Positions 63,845 through 64,000 of a DNA stretch of 64,000 bases are shown here, piece by piece; the first letter of the stretch is position 1; the number at the start of each line of letters is the position of its first letter. A model generated the notes under the pieces. The model saw nothing but the letters and a program-made list of their open reading frames with translations. It made no database searches and was not told the DNA's origin. The DNA is from the human T2T-CHM13v2.0 reference genome, Homo sapiens. The stretch lies in NCBI RefSeq assembly GCF_009914755.1, contig NC_060931.1; one strand, 5' to 3'. The position numbers and the translations under genes were made by a program.

Positions 63845-64000
63845 CTACTAAATTATAATAACCCAGATAAAAGTAATCAGCAGCAAAGATAGAAAAAGGT
63901 TTGCATTTGTCAGCTCATGGATGCAAGAGGTACAGAGTGTTTGGCTACAGTGGGCATGTGCTGAAAAAAATTAAAATTTTAAAAAAACTTTTAAGCTGGG

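Overview
Human non-coding genomic DNA; an AluYa5 carrying its diagnostic bases indicates human origin. It is dominated by interspersed repeats: about 25 Alu copies, L1PA/L1M/HAL1/L2/MIR fragments, MaLR (THE1, MLT1), ERVL (MLT2, LTR33) and ERV1 (MER4, MER41-like, LTR1/27/28-group) solo LTRs, and hAT MITEs (MER58, MER5A, MER20). It also holds two decayed retroviral internal regions: a class-III/ERVL-like pol relic at ~4.4-9.0 kb (+) and a gammaretrovirus-like gag-pro-pol relic at ~42.5-48.2 kb (-). I found no credible host protein-coding exon, rRNA, tRNA, CRISPR array or CpG island. The ORF track is explained by repeats or chance. The most notable items are a young, possibly polymorphic AluYa5 inside the ERV gag, a 5'-truncated Y3 RNA retropseudogene inserted next to an Alu at one MER5A site, and a four-level nested insertion (L2>AluJ>THE1>AluS). 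I found no evidence for a genuinely new biological system. Repeat family names come from recalled consensus sequences, not a database search, and boundaries without a cited TSD are approximate.
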